Virus record (IMG/VR): IMGVR_UViG_3300032236_000718
Coordinates: 64,001 to 128,000 of that record
Length of the DNA stretch: 64,000 bases
Origin: a virus
Reading direction: 5' to 3' (one strand)
The first letter of the stretch is position 1. Every line of letters begins with the position of its first letter. Below are positions 40,101-49,527 of this stretch, in pieces. A program made the position numbers and the translations under genes. The notes beneath the pieces are model-generated. The model saw nothing but the letters and a program-made list of their open reading frames with translations, was not told the origin of the DNA and ran no database searches.

Positions 40101-40200
40101 AGGAAGTACTTTATATGCCAACGGTGCGCAGTCTGTTCCTAATATTACTCTAGGAAGATTCATTTACATCAGTGGTGTCTGGTATGGTACAATAGGCTAA
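37183..40200 (+). CDS. Tail fibre with gp37-like N-terminus and 15-aa coiled-coil stalk
   Basis: IIIRRT.VSGRTP...GELALNLTDKKLF resembles the T4 gp37 N-terminus; NAYSNAVxY repeats; VSKAGDTMSG fibre motif. Confidence 0.75.
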   Translation: MASKIIIRRTTVSGRTPNTVDPTNTQFINTGELALNLTDKKLFSSNGTLSFEIGSNLTSLVVSNTIFLGNSTVNTTVNSSSIYIANSTANTLIKPGNAALFGSVIQVGNSTVNSVITSSAIAVNGDYVATNNYVQNTFITNVTAYSVFALAANVTNSVDAVISNTLNVANSLFVNTTAISISNNIALYANGEFGGSGTFLSSNGSGVYWAAAVTPSDLSVNSISITGGRLAVGNSLVNVEISNNSIKIGNSTSNIVINSTMIIANGSAGGNGNYLTSNGTSIYWTSSVTPTNLTVDNVEVSNGHVSVGNSTVNTIVSNTGLIVGNSTVNSTVNSTSFSGTSNNALYLGGNSVSTILTYANNKAANAYSNATSYADYAAENAYSNAVSYTDIVVSSNATTTYSNSVAYTDIAVANAYSNAVTYTNNKAGNAYSNAVTYAGNAAANAYSNAVSYADLAATNAYSNAVSYASNVAGNAYSNSVTYTNNRAANAYSNAVTYASLAAANAYTNAVSYADSAAATAYSNAVTYSSSYADSHSATAYANAVYNAGLYAANAYSNAIAYAGLAAANAYSNAISYAGSAATSNAAAAYANAVTYTNTYFAHLSGATFTGNVVISNTGLIANGSIGTNKQVLLSNGSSPYWAALAPVRQNYTANGTGTTYTVSGGYTPYNLDVYVNGVKLLNGIDVDVSNGSIFTTTSTYPSGTTIDVLGQVPYTGAPGSYVSKAGDTMSGTLTVGTTQIGSSFINVNSVASGLIPSTNLAFSLGNTTNRWNDLYVGSNSIIFTDSSGGPDQYLKLANQVFSIIQAGTSNSYNANAGFNAGGILLQNFTITLSNTAHDFQIGVDADTANVVIHRPLLIGNSTVNTSINGISVSTNTAKVNYISANGTTGVVGQVLLSGDGSSNVYWGGVKSNTVIIANTTYTATANDKWMGFTANVSTLTLPNTLNGATDGKEYQVACMGGGSKSNVIIQVETGSTLYANGAQSVPNITLGRFIYISGVWYGTIG
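38260..38975 (+). repeat. Approximately 45-nt coding repeat (NAYSNAVxYxxxAAA)
   Basis: Recurrent AATGC(A/T/C)TA(T/C)(TC/AG)NAATGC. Confidence 0.85.
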
Positions 40201-40206
40201 TAAATA
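40199..40206 (+). promoter_or_regulatory. Late promoter (AATAAATA)
   Basis: Near-consensus overlapping the stop codon, about 30 nt before the next ATG. Confidence 0.6.
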
Positions 40207-40234
40207 TGACAATAATAACGAGAGAGTTTAATTA

Positions 40235-43200
40235 ATGAGTCAGAACCAAAATTTAGGTACGTTTGCTGACTTCCTTTCGGTCAATACCAGCCCGAACACC
40301 ATCTCGGTATCGGCACCGCTGACTATCGCAAACAATCTGACTGTTACTGGAACACTGACTCTCTCGGGTAACACAGTCATATCTGGTGCTAATAACCTTG
40401 TACTTCAATCTTCAGTATTGAGTCTTCATACTCAAGCTAATCTCGCGCCTCTGACTTCAGATGATGGTCAGAATATTGGTATCGCATTCCACTACTATGA
40501 CGGTTCAGATAGACAAGCTTTCCTTGCGAGAGTCGACACTACAGGCTATCTTGCATATTACAACACATCTACTGACGTATCACTAGGACCAGTATCTGGT
40601 ACTGACCTTGGTACTATTCAGGCTGCAAGTTTTGTAGCCGGTAATTCAACGGTCTACACAATAACTAATGCAACAATTTTCAGCGGTACTGCTAATAATG
40701 CTAGCTACTTGAGCGGAAATACAGTATCAGATCTTCACACCTATTCTGATAATAAAGCTGCAAACGCATATAGTAATGCCGTAACATATGCTTCTCTTGC
40801 TGCTGCTAATGCCTACTCTAATGCTATAGCTTATGCAGGCACTGCTGCAACAAGTAATGCTGCACAGGCATACTCAAATGCTGTTGCTTATACAGACTTA
40901 GCAGCCGCTAATGCTTATAGTAATGCAGTAAGTTATGCCGCAAACGTTGCCGCTAATGCTTATAGTAATGCAGTAAGTTATGCTGGAAATGCAGCTGCGA
41001 ATGCTTATAGTAATGCAGTAAGCTATGCTGGAAACGCGGCTGCAAATGCTTATAGTAATGCTATTGCTTATTCTGGTAATGCTGCTTTAGCATATGCTAA
41101 TGCTGTTACATATGTAAATAATAAAGCTGCTAATGCTTATGCTAACGCGATAGCTTATTCTGGAAATGCTGCACAAGCATACTCAAATGCAACTACTTAT
41201 GCAGATAATAAAGCTGCAAATGCTTATAGTAATGCTGTCACATATGCTGGTAATAAGGCGGATAATGCATATAGTAATGCAGTCACATACTCAAGTCTAG
41301 CTGCTGCTAATGCATATTCTAATGCAATAAGTTATGCAGCTTTAGTTGCAGCAAATGCCTACTCAAATGCAATAAGTTATGCTGGAACTGCCGCAACTAG
41401 TAATGCCGCACAAGCATATTCTAATGCTGTTACGTATGCAGATAATAAAGCTGCAAATGCCTATAGTAATGCTGTTACATATGCTGGTTTGGCTGCCTCA
41501 AATGCATATACTAATGCTGTTTCCTATACAGATAATAAAGCAGCTAATGCATATTCAAATGCTATAGCTTATTCAGGAAACGCAGTACAAGCATATACTA
41601 ACGCAATATCTTATGCAGCAAATGCGTATTCAAATGCTACAAGTTATGCAGACTTAGCCGCTGCAAATGCATATTCAAATGCTACAAGTTATGCAGCAAA
41701 TGCTGCAGCAAATGCGTATTCAAATGCTACAAGTTATGCATCTTTAGCTGCTTCAAATGCATATGCTAATGCAACTTCATATGCTAGTTTAGCCGCTGCA
41801 AATGCCTATTCAAATGCAATAGCTTATTCTGGTAATGCTGCTCAAGCATATGCTAATGCAATAGCTTATACCAACACAAATATAGCTCTTACTACTGGTA
41901 CCACATTTACCGGTAACGTTATATTTAATGCTAATATAGTTGCAAATACTCTAGTAGCTAATGGCTCGCTTGGCAATGTTGGTCAAGTATTAACTGCAAA
42001 TAGCACTGGTGGGTTGTATTGGGCATCAGATCAATTTGTTGGGAATGTTGTAGCAAATATAGTAACATCTAATACTCTTACATCAAATCATGTTGTAGTT
42101 AATAATGATATATCGATTGTTAACGGATCTTATAGCAATACAGCAATGTATAGTGATAGGATTTTTATAGGAAATGGTGATATTCAAACTACTGTTAATA
42201 GTACAACTTTTTGGGCTACTTTCAGTAATACATCATCTCATGATGTTTATATCTCGTCTATTACATCATCAGGTGGTTATATAAATTCAACTGCTATTGG
42301 AATAAATCTTGAGCCTTTAATCTCATTAGGTATGAGCTGGAGTGATCGTAATGGTGGAGGTGGTGCACCAAGGTTCTTCCCACAAGGGTCGCCATATGCA
42401 TTATCACAGAACTTATTTAATGTTAATGCCTCATTTATCCAATTAGGTAATAGCACGAACTATGTAAACTTTACAGTTGGAAATAATGCGCCAACTATCC
42501 AGTTTATTAGTCCTAGTGCAACAGGCGGTGGAATCACCATCAATCAATCTGGAATAAGTACTGGAAATAGTGTCTCTGGCACTGCTGCTAACACACAGGG
42601 TTTCTATATAAATGGAACTGAAGTTTATGCAAGAAAGTCAGGCACTACATTTACAGGAAATGTTGGTTTCAACGCTAATATAGTTGCAACCAGACTTGTG
42701 GCAAATGGTGCTCTTGGCGGTAATAACCAAGTGTTAACATCAAACTCTACTGGTGGTCTTTTCTGGTCAGCTGGAGTTACAATCAATAATTTAGCAGCCG
42801 ACTATATTAATATCGCGGTAGGTAATTTAACTGTAGGTAATACTACTGTTAATACGAGTGTATCAAACAATGGTGTACTTGTACAAAATGCTACTTCATC
42901 TTCTACATTAAATCTCTCTGGCCTGAATATAGGAAATGCTACTGTTAACGCTGTAATGAATAGTAGCACACTTTCAATAGCATCTGCTACTATTAATAAT
43001 ACCACGATAACTGGCAATCTAACTGTTAATAATACACTTACGGTAACAGGTAATCTGGTACTTGCTGGATCAACCACATATATTAACTCCACTGTTATTA
43101 CTACAAAAGATCTTAATATTATATTTGCAAACGGTGCAGCAAATAGTTTCTTAACAGATGGTGCTGGTATAGTAGCTGGAATATATGCTAATTTAGTATT

Positions 43201-44566
43201 TGATGATCCTACTACTTCTTGGCAGTCAAATGTAGGTATTACACCTTATAGTAATAATTTAAGTCTTGGTGCTGCAACTAAACTCTGGAATCTATATGCT
43301 AATCAGATTACATTAAATCAGATCATAGCAAATGGTTCTATGGGTAATGTAGGTCAAGTTCTTACATCAAATGGTACTAGCCTATATTGGGCATCTGACC
43401 AACTGGTTGGAAATGTTACAGCAAATCTAGTAACATCTAATACGCTGTCGGCAAATCATATTTTAGTTAATAATGATATAGCAATTGTTAATGGATCTTA
43501 TAGTAACGTAGTAATTCGTAGCGATAGTGTCTTTGTTGGTAATTCAACTGTCAACTCTTCTATCAACTCTACTTCATTTACAGGTACATCATTTAATGCA
43601 AACAATGCAACCTATCTAAATGGAAATACGGCAGCTACATTAATTAACTATGCAGCGAATGCATATAGTAATGCAATAGCATACTCTAATGCTGCACAAG
43701 CATATGCTAATGCTATTGCTTACACTAATACAAATATTGTTCTTAAGACTGGAACTACATTTACTGGTGCTGTAACATTTAATGCTAATATAGTAGCTAA
43801 CACGTTTGTTGCAAATGGTCTTCTTGGAAGTGTTGGTCAGGTATTAACTGCAAATAGTACAGGCGGACTATATTGGGCAACAGACACTAACGTAGCAAAT
43901 GTCACGGCAAATGTTGTGACAACAAATACTCTTTCTGCCAATCATGTTGTTGTAAATAATGACTTGTCAGTTGTTAATGGATCATATAGCAACTCTGCTA
44001 TGTACAGTGATAGGATCTTTATTGGTAATTCTACTGTTAACGCAACAGTTAATTCTACTGTATTTAGTGGAACATCGCTTAATGCAAACAATGCAACCTA
44101 TCTAAATGGAAATACGGCAGCTACATTAATTAACTATGCAGCAAATGCTTACTCTAATGCTATATCTTATACTAATACAAATATAGCTCTATTATCTGGA
44201 GCAACATTTACCGGTGTAGTGACTACTGTAGCTAATCTGGTTGTTAACTCTGCTATAATTGCAGGTGGTAGTAATGGAACTTTTGGACAAGTTCTTACAT
44301 CAAACGGATCTAGCGGAGTTTATTGGTCTACAGTATCTGGCGGAGGTGGTGGAGGTAGTGTTAATACTGCTGCTACTTACGCGTTTACAAATACTACTAC
44401 ATCTGGTAATGCAACTTCAGGAGCTATCACAACAGCCGGTGGTCTTGGCGTTGCAAATAACCTATATGTTGGAGGCAGAATGGGATTCTCTAATGCATCT
44501 AATATATCTGTAGTATATCAATTCTATAATGCAAATACAAACTCACTTGATACGGCATTTGGATAA
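40235..44566 (+). CDS. Long tail fibre with 15-aa coiled-coil stalk and internal duplications
   Basis: NAYSNA repeats, repeated ANG.LG..GQVLT.N....LYW modules, C-terminus YNANTNSLDTAFG. Confidence 0.75.
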   Translation: MSQNQNLGTFADFLSVNTSPNTISVSAPLTIANNLTVTGTLTLSGNTVISGANNLVLQSSVLSLHTQANLAPLTSDDGQNIGIAFHYYDGSDRQAFLARVDTTGYLAYYNTSTDVSLGPVSGTDLGTIQAASFVAGNSTVYTITNATIFSGTANNASYLSGNTVSDLHTYSDNKAANAYSNAVTYASLAAANAYSNAIAYAGTAATSNAAQAYSNAVAYTDLAAANAYSNAVSYAANVAANAYSNAVSYAGNAAANAYSNAVSYAGNAAANAYSNAIAYSGNAALAYANAVTYVNNKAANAYANAIAYSGNAAQAYSNATTYADNKAANAYSNAVTYAGNKADNAYSNAVTYSSLAAANAYSNAISYAALVAANAYSNAISYAGTAATSNAAQAYSNAVTYADNKAANAYSNAVTYAGLAASNAYTNAVSYTDNKAANAYSNAIAYSGNAVQAYTNAISYAANAYSNATSYADLAAANAYSNATSYAANAAANAYSNATSYASLAASNAYANATSYASLAAANAYSNAIAYSGNAAQAYANAIAYTNTNIALTTGTTFTGNVIFNANIVANTLVANGSLGNVGQVLTANSTGGLYWASDQFVGNVVANIVTSNTLTSNHVVVNNDISIVNGSYSNTAMYSDRIFIGNGDIQTTVNSTTFWATFSNTSSHDVYISSITSSGGYINSTAIGINLEPLISLGMSWSDRNGGGGAPRFFPQGSPYALSQNLFNVNASFIQLGNSTNYVNFTVGNNAPTIQFISPSATGGGITINQSGISTGNSVSGTAANTQGFYINGTEVYARKSGTTFTGNVGFNANIVATRLVANGALGGNNQVLTSNSTGGLFWSAGVTINNLAADYINIAVGNLTVGNTTVNTSVSNNGVLVQNATSSSTLNLSGLNIGNATVNAVMNSSTLSIASATINNTTITGNLTVNNTLTVTGNLVLAGSTTYINSTVITTKDLNIIFANGAANSFLTDGAGIVAGIYANLVFDDPTTSWQSNVGITPYSNNLSLGAATKLWNLYANQITLNQIIANGSMGNVGQVLTSNGTSLYWASDQLVGNVTANLVTSNTLSANHILVNNDIAIVNGSYSNVVIRSDSVFVGNSTVNSSINSTSFTGTSFNANNATYLNGNTAATLINYAANAYSNAIAYSNAAQAYANAIAYTNTNIVLKTGTTFTGAVTFNANIVANTFVANGLLGSVGQVLTANSTGGLYWATDTNVANVTANVVTTNTLSANHVVVNNDLSVVNGSYSNSAMYSDRIFIGNSTVNATVNSTVFSGTSLNANNATYLNGNTAATLINYAANAYSNAISYTNTNIALLSGATFTGVVTTVANLVVNSAIIAGGSNGTFGQVLTSNGSSGVYWSTVSGGGGGGSVNTAATYAFTNTTTSGNATSGAITTAGGLGVANNLYVGGRMGFSNASNISVVYQFYNANTNSLDTAFG
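40750..41875 (+). repeat. Approximately 45-nt coding repeat, same family as 38260-38975
   Basis: GCTAATGCTTATAGTAATGCAGTAAG-type units. Confidence 0.85.
43593..44142 (+). repeat. Exact 64-nt direct repeat (43593-43656 and 44079-44142) marking a 486-nt module duplication
   Basis: TTAATGCAAACAATGCAACCTATCTAAATGGAAATACGGCAGCTACATTAATTAACTATGCAGC occurs twice. Confidence 0.9.
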
Positions 44567-46191
44567 TGGCAGTTATTCCTGTTTCTAAATTATACTCAAA
44601 TGGTACATTAGCTATAGCTAGTAATTTTGACGAGACTATATCTATCACACCATCAACTACAAAGACATATTCAAACGGAACTTTAGTATCAAGTTTCTTT
44701 GATGAGACTATGTCTATATCTCCATCAGTCTCGAAGCTATACTCTAATGGTGCTATAAGTGTTTCAGGTAAATTTGATGAGGTAACTAATAATCCTACCG
44801 TATTTGGAAGTTTAAATACTTTTTATAATGATACTAATACTTGTATAATTTTACCAAATAGTAATAATTATAATTTTAGTACTGGTGATTTTACCTTTGA
44901 GACTTGGGTTTATCTTCATAATCCAATATCAGCTAGTAGCCCCTATGGTGGTGGTATAGCTTCATTATCTTATCAATATGGTGCTTCAGGTCGTACATCA
45001 TGGATCGCATCGCTTACTTATAATTCAGGTGATGCAAATTCTTCTTTCTTTACATTTGTTACAACGACAGATGGTAATTCAAATACATTAAATTCTAATG
45101 CATATTATTCTACACATACTACTCCAATAAAAAGATCAAATTGGACGCATCTTGCTGCATCTAGATCCGGTTCAAATCTTTATCTATCTGTCGATGGAAA
45201 TGTACAGTCTTTTACAATTAGTTCTGCTGCGTTATATAACAATAGTACTGACCCTTTTATTATTGGATCATATTCATATACATCTAGAAATTCTTCTCTT
45301 TTTATGTTTTTAGGTAAATTATCAAACTTAAAAATAGTTAAAGGAGCTGCACTATATACAAGTAATTTTACACCACAGCTTGTTCCTTCAACTGCAGACT
45401 CTAATACTGTGCTTTTACTAAATACATTATATGTCGATCCGTTTAAAGACTCAAGCCAATATAATGTTACGTATACTAGTATTGGAAATACAACACCAGA
45501 ATCCTTTACACCTTTTAATCCACCAGGATATAATAGCATATATTGTAATTCAACTTCTGGTGCATTTAGTGTTATAACAAATGCTACACCATCTTTTCAA
45601 TTAAATAATAGTGATTTTACTATTGAAACTTATATATATCCAACATCTCTATCAAAAACAATTCTTGATACAAGAACTTCAAATACATCAATAAATGGAA
45701 TAGTCTTACAGACAAGAGCTGGTGCAAATATACAACTTACGGCAAATGGAACTAATTATTTTGGTTCAGGAGCAAATGTTATAACTAATACATGGAATCA
45801 TGTGGCTGTAACAAGATCAAGTAATGTGTTTAGTGTATGGGTAAATGGTGTTAAAGCAATAACACAAAATCTAGGGGTTACTTTATCTGATCAGGCAAAT
45901 TGGTTAATTGGTGCTGGGCAACCGGGTACTTCTAATGGATATATTGGTGCTTATTTTAGTAATTTTAGGGTAGTTACAGGCCAGGCATTATATTCTAATA
46001 CTTTTACACCTTCAACAAAACCACTATTACCTATAGCTAATACAATCTTATTAACAGCACAGTCCAATAAGTATATAGATAATTCAACCAGTAATATAAA
46101 TGTTATTGCAGTAAGCAATTCAATATACAGCGATTTAGTCTCTAATAATCAACCCTTCAAGTTTGATTTTTCTAACACCGGTCTAAGCTGA
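44566..46191 (+). CDS. Concanavalin A-like (LamG) lectin-domain protein, 2 domains, with three N-terminal YSNG...FDE repeats
   Basis: DFTFETWVY...WTHLAASR...LSNLKIVKG and DFTIETYIY...WNHVAVTR...SNFRVVTG. Confidence 0.8.
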   Translation: MAVIPVSKLYSNGTLAIASNFDETISITPSTTKTYSNGTLVSSFFDETMSISPSVSKLYSNGAISVSGKFDEVTNNPTVFGSLNTFYNDTNTCIILPNSNNYNFSTGDFTFETWVYLHNPISASSPYGGGIASLSYQYGASGRTSWIASLTYNSGDANSSFFTFVTTTDGNSNTLNSNAYYSTHTTPIKRSNWTHLAASRSGSNLYLSVDGNVQSFTISSAALYNNSTDPFIIGSYSYTSRNSSLFMFLGKLSNLKIVKGAALYTSNFTPQLVPSTADSNTVLLLNTLYVDPFKDSSQYNVTYTSIGNTTPESFTPFNPPGYNSIYCNSTSGAFSVITNATPSFQLNNSDFTIETYIYPTSLSKTILDTRTSNTSINGIVLQTRAGANIQLTANGTNYFGSGANVITNTWNHVAVTRSSNVFSVWVNGVKAITQNLGVTLSDQANWLIGAGQPGTSNGYIGAYFSNFRVVTGQALYSNTFTPSTKPLLPIANTILLTAQSNKYIDNSTSNINVIAVSNSIYSDLVSNNQPFKFDFSNTGLS

Positions 46192-46197
46192 TAAATA
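46190..46197 (+). promoter_or_regulatory. Late promoter (GATAAATA)
   Basis: Near-consensus 22 nt before the ATG at 46219. Confidence 0.55.
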
Positions 46198-46218
46198 TGG
46201 TGATCAAAGGATAAACAT

Positions 46219-49200
46219 ATGGCAAATCTACTAAGTGGCACTAGAATTTTTGGTACAGCAAACGTTGACACCCAGATCAACGTCAACACTTCTGTATTGA
46301 ATGCTACCAGCCTGTTCATCGGTAACTCGACAGCAAATGCTACCGTCAACACGGTAGGTGTCTATATCGGTGGCGTGTTTCAGGGTGTTAATACATCTGC
46401 CCAGTATGCTTTCAGTAATACTATCACGTTTGGTAATGCCACAGTCAATGCTGCTATAAGCTCTAACTCTACAGTCACATCATTTAGTGGAACTGCAAAC
46501 AATGCGTTAAACTTTGGTGGATATGGATTATCAACATTTGTCACTAACTCACAGTTATCGACTACCCTGACAAACTATGTCAATACGACTGCAAACTTTA
46601 CATATACCGGAACACAGACATTTAGTAACTTAGCAACACATAATGCTAACGTTACTATCAATGCTGCAATTATTGCCGGTGGTAACTCCGGTCAAGCTGG
46701 TCAAGTATTAACATCAAATGGATCAGGTAACGTATATTGGTCGACTGTAACAGGAGGTGGCGGCGGTGGATCTGTAAACACTTCCGCACAGTATACCTGG
46801 ACAAATACTCAGACATTTACTACTAACGTATTCTTCAGCAACCTTTCTATGGGTGCTACATCTAATAGTATTCTGTCATTAATTACCAAAGGATCCTTTA
46901 GTAATACATGGACTACTAATACTCCTACTGGTTTTGCGGTAAAGCAAGGCCTAGTTGCTTATGCACCAACTAGTGGTAATACTGGTATCTTCTTAGCTAA
47001 GCCTGTTAATACTAATACATCTTACTACTCAACTGATGGTGTTACTTGGTCGGCTGGTCCCACTATTGCAAATGCGGCAGGAACAACACTGGCAAATGCT
47101 AACATATTAGTATATGTTCCTAACCCAGTTTTAGGAGCTGCTACCGGTGAACCTCAGGGTAAATTTGTTTTAGGTGTAGGTAATACTACTCTTTATTATA
47201 TCAACGTAACAAATGCTACTACTTCTGCAATAAATTGGAAAACATCTTCTGCTCCTGCAAACGTAACTTATATGGCATATGGTGCAGGAAGATTAGTAGC
47301 TTTAGTAAGTAATACTACAGTTTCTTCATATACATCATCTGTAGATGCTAATACATGGAGTCCACAAACAAGCGCAGTCAATGGTCTTGGTAAATTTATA
47401 GCATACTATCCAGATTTATATGGTGGTAGATTTGTTGCGATGTTTGGTGGATATAGAATGGAAACATCTACTGATGGATACGCTATACCATCTGTTGGTT
47501 GGGATTATCTATCATTTAACGCTACAACTCTAAGTACAAATGGTACAATTAATGCAACATCTCTTAATAGTCCAATAAGTTATAATCCTGTAACAGGAAC
47601 ATATCTAGGTGTTTCAAATAACTATATTTTTAGTTCTACTGATTTTGTTAATTGGACAATTGCAAACAATGGAGTAGCACAATGGTATTCACTTGGTTCA
47701 TATGGTGGTTATAATCTCTTTACTGCAAATAATACTGGTACCATATATGGTATAACAAATACAGTAAACACAGTAACTACAATTTATAGTTCACCTGGAA
47801 TTAATGCTACATCTGGTCCTGCATTTATATCTACTCCTTATAGTCATACCATATTTGATAACTCTACTACTGGTAATAATATAAGCACATTTTCCTATGG
47901 AACAACCGTTATAAATCCACAGCAACGTGGATATATGGATAATATAATAATAGGTGAGTCTATCCCAACTAGAGGTCGTTTTAATGAACTCACTGCAGCT
48001 ATATTAACTATTAATCCGGCTAGTTCCAATACTTCTGTAGGTGGCTATACTCAAACAACTATTGGTGATGGTTTAACAATACAAGGTGGTGGTAGTACTT
48101 CTCTTACTGGTATTAGATTTGGTACATTTTATACTGGAGTTCCTGGAGGAGCCAACAGTAATATGACTGGTACTGGCTTTTTTGTCGGTAGCTCTACGAC
48201 AAATGCATATCTATATAATACAGGATTATATTTTAACCAGAATAATGCCACTGGAACAAACGGTCTCTTTAATACTTCTCAGATTTATATTAATCCGACA
48301 GCAGCAGCTAATAGTTCCGGAACAGGTGGCTTCTGGCTTAACCCGACAAGTGGATTATATTTAGGAAATACAGGTAGTAGCTTTGGCATTACACTATCAA
48401 CTAGTGCTGGAGCTTATCTATATCTTGGATCTACTACCCAGTCTACAACTGGTACTGGTGGTGCAATAGCAAATAACTCTACATATTTCTTTGGTAATAA
48501 TACTATCAATGCATATATGACTGCTAACTATTCAGGTGGTAACTTAGCACTAGTAATGCAAAACACAACTACTAATGCATATTTAACACCTAATACATTA
48601 TTCATTGGTAATGCGAGTATTAATACTACAGTTAATACGGTAGGAATTTATCTCAATCCTACTTCTGGTGCTAACACTACTGGTAATGGAGGTCTTTCAC
48701 TAGATCCAATTAACGGTATGTTCTTTGGAAATAACACAATTAATGCTACACATAATACAAGTACTATAATACTTAATCCTACTTCTGGTGCTAACACTAT
48801 TGGTACTGGTGGTTTATATATCAATACTGTTGGGCTGTTTATTGGTAACTCTACAGTTAATACTATTCAAAATACATCATCATTATCAATAAATCCTACT
48901 GCTTCTGCTAATACTACCGGTACAGGTGGTTTATATATCAACCCAACTACTGGAATCTTTATAGGAAATACTGGTGGAAATATAACATTTAACGTAGCTA
49001 CTTCCGGCTCTCCAGTAGTTAACGTTGGAAATGGTGGTACTATAACTGTTGGAGGTGCTACTGTTACAACTACTGGTAATGGTGGGTTCTTAGCAAATAA
49101 TACTACCTTACTTATTGGTAATAATATAATTAATGCTCAGTTTACTGTATCTGCACTTTATATAAATCCAACATCAGCAGCTAATACGACAGGCAATGGT

Positions 49201-49527
49201 TCTCTATATGCTACAGCAACGTCTATAAATCTTGGTAATAGTACGTCAAATGCTGTTATAAATACTACTGGTGTATATGTTAATGGTACTGCACTTATTA
49301 ATAGTATTAATACCGCTGCACAGTATACATGGACAAACACTACTATATTCTCTAATACTACTGCATCTACAAATAACGTGTCAGGTGCAGTACAGGTTTA
49401 TGGTGGTGTAGGTGTAAATGGTAATATATATACTGCAGGTAGAATTGGTTACGCATCAGCCAACGTAAGTACCGCATATACTTTTTATAATGCTACAACT
49501 GGAACATTGGATACGGTATTTGGATAA
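46219..49527 (+). CDS. Tail fibre with Asp-box (BNR)-like propeller region and NPT..ANTTG.GG repeats
   Basis: YSTDGVTWS, SSVDANTWS, SSTDFVNWT; C-terminus YNATTGTLDTVFG. Confidence 0.7.
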   Translation: MANLLSGTRIFGTANVDTQINVNTSVLNATSLFIGNSTANATVNTVGVYIGGVFQGVNTSAQYAFSNTITFGNATVNAAISSNSTVTSFSGTANNALNFGGYGLSTFVTNSQLSTTLTNYVNTTANFTYTGTQTFSNLATHNANVTINAAIIAGGNSGQAGQVLTSNGSGNVYWSTVTGGGGGGSVNTSAQYTWTNTQTFTTNVFFSNLSMGATSNSILSLITKGSFSNTWTTNTPTGFAVKQGLVAYAPTSGNTGIFLAKPVNTNTSYYSTDGVTWSAGPTIANAAGTTLANANILVYVPNPVLGAATGEPQGKFVLGVGNTTLYYINVTNATTSAINWKTSSAPANVTYMAYGAGRLVALVSNTTVSSYTSSVDANTWSPQTSAVNGLGKFIAYYPDLYGGRFVAMFGGYRMETSTDGYAIPSVGWDYLSFNATTLSTNGTINATSLNSPISYNPVTGTYLGVSNNYIFSSTDFVNWTIANNGVAQWYSLGSYGGYNLFTANNTGTIYGITNTVNTVTTIYSSPGINATSGPAFISTPYSHTIFDNSTTGNNISTFSYGTTVINPQQRGYMDNIIIGESIPTRGRFNELTAAILTINPASSNTSVGGYTQTTIGDGLTIQGGGSTSLTGIRFGTFYTGVPGGANSNMTGTGFFVGSSTTNAYLYNTGLYFNQNNATGTNGLFNTSQIYINPTAAANSSGTGGFWLNPTSGLYLGNTGSSFGITLSTSAGAYLYLGSTTQSTTGTGGAIANNSTYFFGNNTINAYMTANYSGGNLALVMQNTTTNAYLTPNTLFIGNASINTTVNTVGIYLNPTSGANTTGNGGLSLDPINGMFFGNNTINATHNTSTIILNPTSGANTIGTGGLYINTVGLFIGNSTVNTIQNTSSLSINPTASANTTGTGGLYINPTTGIFIGNTGGNITFNVATSGSPVVNVGNGGTITVGGATVTTTGNGGFLANNTTLLIGNNIINAQFTVSALYINPTSAANTTGNGSLYATATSINLGNSTSNAVINTTGVYVNGTALINSINTAAQYTWTNTTIFSNTTASTNNVSGAVQVYGGVGVNGNIYTAGRIGYASANVSTAYTFYNATTGTLDTVFG

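Noticed and set aside
38260-41875. Regular approximately 45-nt repeats resembling a CRISPR array
   Set aside because: They are in-frame, degenerate at third codon positions, lack unique spacers and lie inside long ORFs
43593-44142. Repeat pair as a possible DGR template/variable region
   Set aside because: No reverse transcriptase in the window; both copies are coding; flanking differences are largely synonymous and not adenine-specific
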